From: Candidatus Latescibacterota bacterium
GTDB lineage: Bacteria; Latescibacterota; UBA2968
Direction: 5' to 3'
Length of the DNA stretch: 64,000 bases
Assembly: GCA_965204375.1 (NCBI GenBank)
Contig: OZ241986.1
Coordinates: 32,001-96,000 of the forward strand
The translations under genes and the position numbers were made by a program. The notes beneath the pieces were generated by a model that was given only the letters and a program-made list of their open reading frames with translations, did no database searches and had not been told where the DNA came from. Below are positions 62,608 through 64,000 of this stretch, one piece after another (the first letter of the stretch is position 1; each line of letters begins with the position of its first letter).

Positions 62608-63600
62608 TTGAAAGCACAAAGATTAATATGTACAGATATCCGGCGGATTGAATTGGAAGCCTTTGATCTGCCGCGTGTGCCAGACAATGGCATTTTGGTG
62701 CAAAACGATTATACCGCCGTGAGCGTTGGCACGGAAATTTACAATTATGCTTATGGTGGTGAACCGTCGCGTGCGAGGACATTTCCCCGGCCAACGGGAT
62801 ATTGCAATACGGGTGTGGTGCTCGAGGTGGGCAAAGATGTGAAGGGGGTAAAACCAGGTGACCGTATTGCCGCGCAGGGCAATCACACCAGTCACGCGGT
62901 CATAAGTGGGAATTTTTTTAGAGTGCCTGAGGGTGTTTCGCCCAGGTCGGCGGCTTTTATGGTTATGTGTGCTATTGCCATGCATGGGCATCGGGTTGGA
63001 CGTCCGGAATTGGGTGAGGTTGTTGCAATTACCGGTATGGGGATTGTGGGCCAGTTGGCCGCGACTTTTGCGCGAATGGCTGGCGCACTTCCGGTTATTG
63101 CGATTGATCTGGATGATTTTCGGTTGGGTAAAGCGAGAGATAGGGGGGCAGATGTTTGTATCAACCCCAATGCGGAAGGGGATGTCGCCGAAGTGGTGCG
63201 CGAGCATTGCGTGGGCGATGGTGTCGATCTGGTCATCGAAGCAACGGGTATTCCCGCGGTTTATCCCATGGCGTTGACTTTGCCCCGGTTGGGTGGCCGC
63301 TTGGTCGCGCTGGGGTCTCCGCGGGGGACCGTGGAAGTGAGTTTTTTGCCCGAGATTCACTTGCGCGAGATTACGATTCTGGGCGCGCATCAGCCCAAGA
63401 CGCCGGATAATGACCATATTTATTATCCCTGGAGCAAGCGCAGAGATCGCGAGCTAATTTTGCGTTTGATGGCTGAGGGCAAGTTGCCCATTGAAGATTT
63501 GATTACCCATGTCGCCAATCCCGCCGATTGCCAGACTATCTACGATATGCTCGCCGATAATCCCCAAGAAGTGTTGGGTGTGGTATTTGAGTGGGTTTGA
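62608..63600 (+). CDS. MDR-family (zinc-binding-like) dehydrogenase
   Basis: SVGTE, GYCNTG.V, GMGIVG Rossmann motif, IEATG; TTG start after AAGGAG. Confidence 0.88.
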   Translation: MKAQRLICTDIRRIELEAFDLPRVPDNGILVQNDYTAVSVGTEIYNYAYGGEPSRARTFPRPTGYCNTGVVLEVGKDVKGVKPGDRIAAQGNHTSHAVISGNFFRVPEGVSPRSAAFMVMCAIAMHGHRVGRPELGEVVAITGMGIVGQLAATFARMAGALPVIAIDLDDFRLGKARDRGADVCINPNAEGDVAEVVREHCVGDGVDLVIEATGIPAVYPMALTLPRLGGRLVALGSPRGTVEVSFLPEIHLREITILGAHQPKTPDNDHIYYPWSKRRDRELILRLMAEGKLPIEDLITHVANPADCQTIYDMLADNPQEVLGVVFEWV

Positions 63601-63628
63601 TACCGCTTGCCGGTGTCTCAATTCTGGT

Positions 63629-63668
63629 AAAAAGCCCAAGAGATCACCTCTCTGGGGCTTTTTTCTTT
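63629..63668 (+). terminator. Intrinsic terminator
   Basis: AAAAAGCCCAAGAGA-loop-TCTCTGGGGCTTTTTT. Confidence 0.75.
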
Positions 63669-63746
63669 GACAAGTCGCTTTTGGGGCGCAATTATAGGGG
63701 CGTAAAAATGCAGATATACTGTCGAAAATATTTTAAGAGGTGATGA

Positions 63747-64000
63747 ATGGATTTTAAAACCACTGATTTGTGCGATGAACACGAAACCGATCCAGCACTT
63801 CAAGTTGCTGAGCCGATATTTAATGACTATGGCGGTATCACGGCATTTTGCGGTCCGATTGCCACGGTCAAGGTTCACGAAGACAATGTGCTCGTGCGCG
63901 AGATACTCGAAACCCCGGGCGAGGGGCGCGTTCTCGTCGTCGATGGCGAGGGCTCAACGTGGTGTGCGCTTTTGGGGGATATGGTCGCTGAAATCGCCAG
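63747..64000 (+). CDS. rraA: RraA family protein (RNase E regulator/HMG aldolase), truncated by the window edge
   Basis: Manual translation [12 protein letters not shown]...[43 protein letters not shown]; not in the ORF track. Confidence 0.9.
   Translation, partial: MDFKTTDLCDEHETDPALQVAEPIFNDYGGITAFCGPIATVKVHEDNVLVREILETPGEGRVLVVDGEGSTWCALLGDMVAEIA

Noticed and set aside
1-64000. tRNA, rRNA, integrase or transposase
   Set aside because: None recognised by eye; intergenic gaps are short. tRNAscan-SE or Infernal would be needed to exclude small RNAs.

Overview
Bacterial chromosomal window using the standard code (TGA, TAA and TAG all act as stops). Gene content (sulfatases, PhyH dioxygenase, DUF6785-type membrane protein, many TA fragments) resembles host-associated FCB-related lineages such as Latescibacterota/Gemmatimonadota; this taxonomic guess is weak inference. 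Core genes: carA, pyrC, parE-parC-like topoisomerase IV, gltB-gltD, ferredoxin, nitrite/sulfite reductase, moaA, smc, rraA-like, plus catabolic enzymes. Three accessory/defence patches: (i) left edge, an orphan FitA-like antitoxin overlapping a NERD + tandem kinase gene missing from the ORF track; (ii) 20.7-24.1 kb, a fused DUF4160-DUF2442 gene and an AvaI/BsoBI-like RM pair whose endonuclease has an in-frame TAA; (iii) 48.8-61.2 kb, MNT, DUF6883/DUF4926, a three-gene dynamin-like GTPase operon and an AAA/PD-(D/E)XK protein. Best leads: (1) an AbgB/M20-family amidohydrolase whose metal-ligand Cys (GHGCGHN) is an in-frame TGA followed by a SECIS-like hairpin, a candidate selenoprotein; (2) the third dynamin, which carries recently duplicated IF2-N-like and ComEA-type HhH domains; (3) tandem NrdR-like boxes over the smc promoter; (4) repeated orphan antitoxins directly upstream of cargo genes, one flanked by a decayed copy of the neighbouring gene's 5' end. 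All family assignments are from motif recognition by eye; no searches were run.
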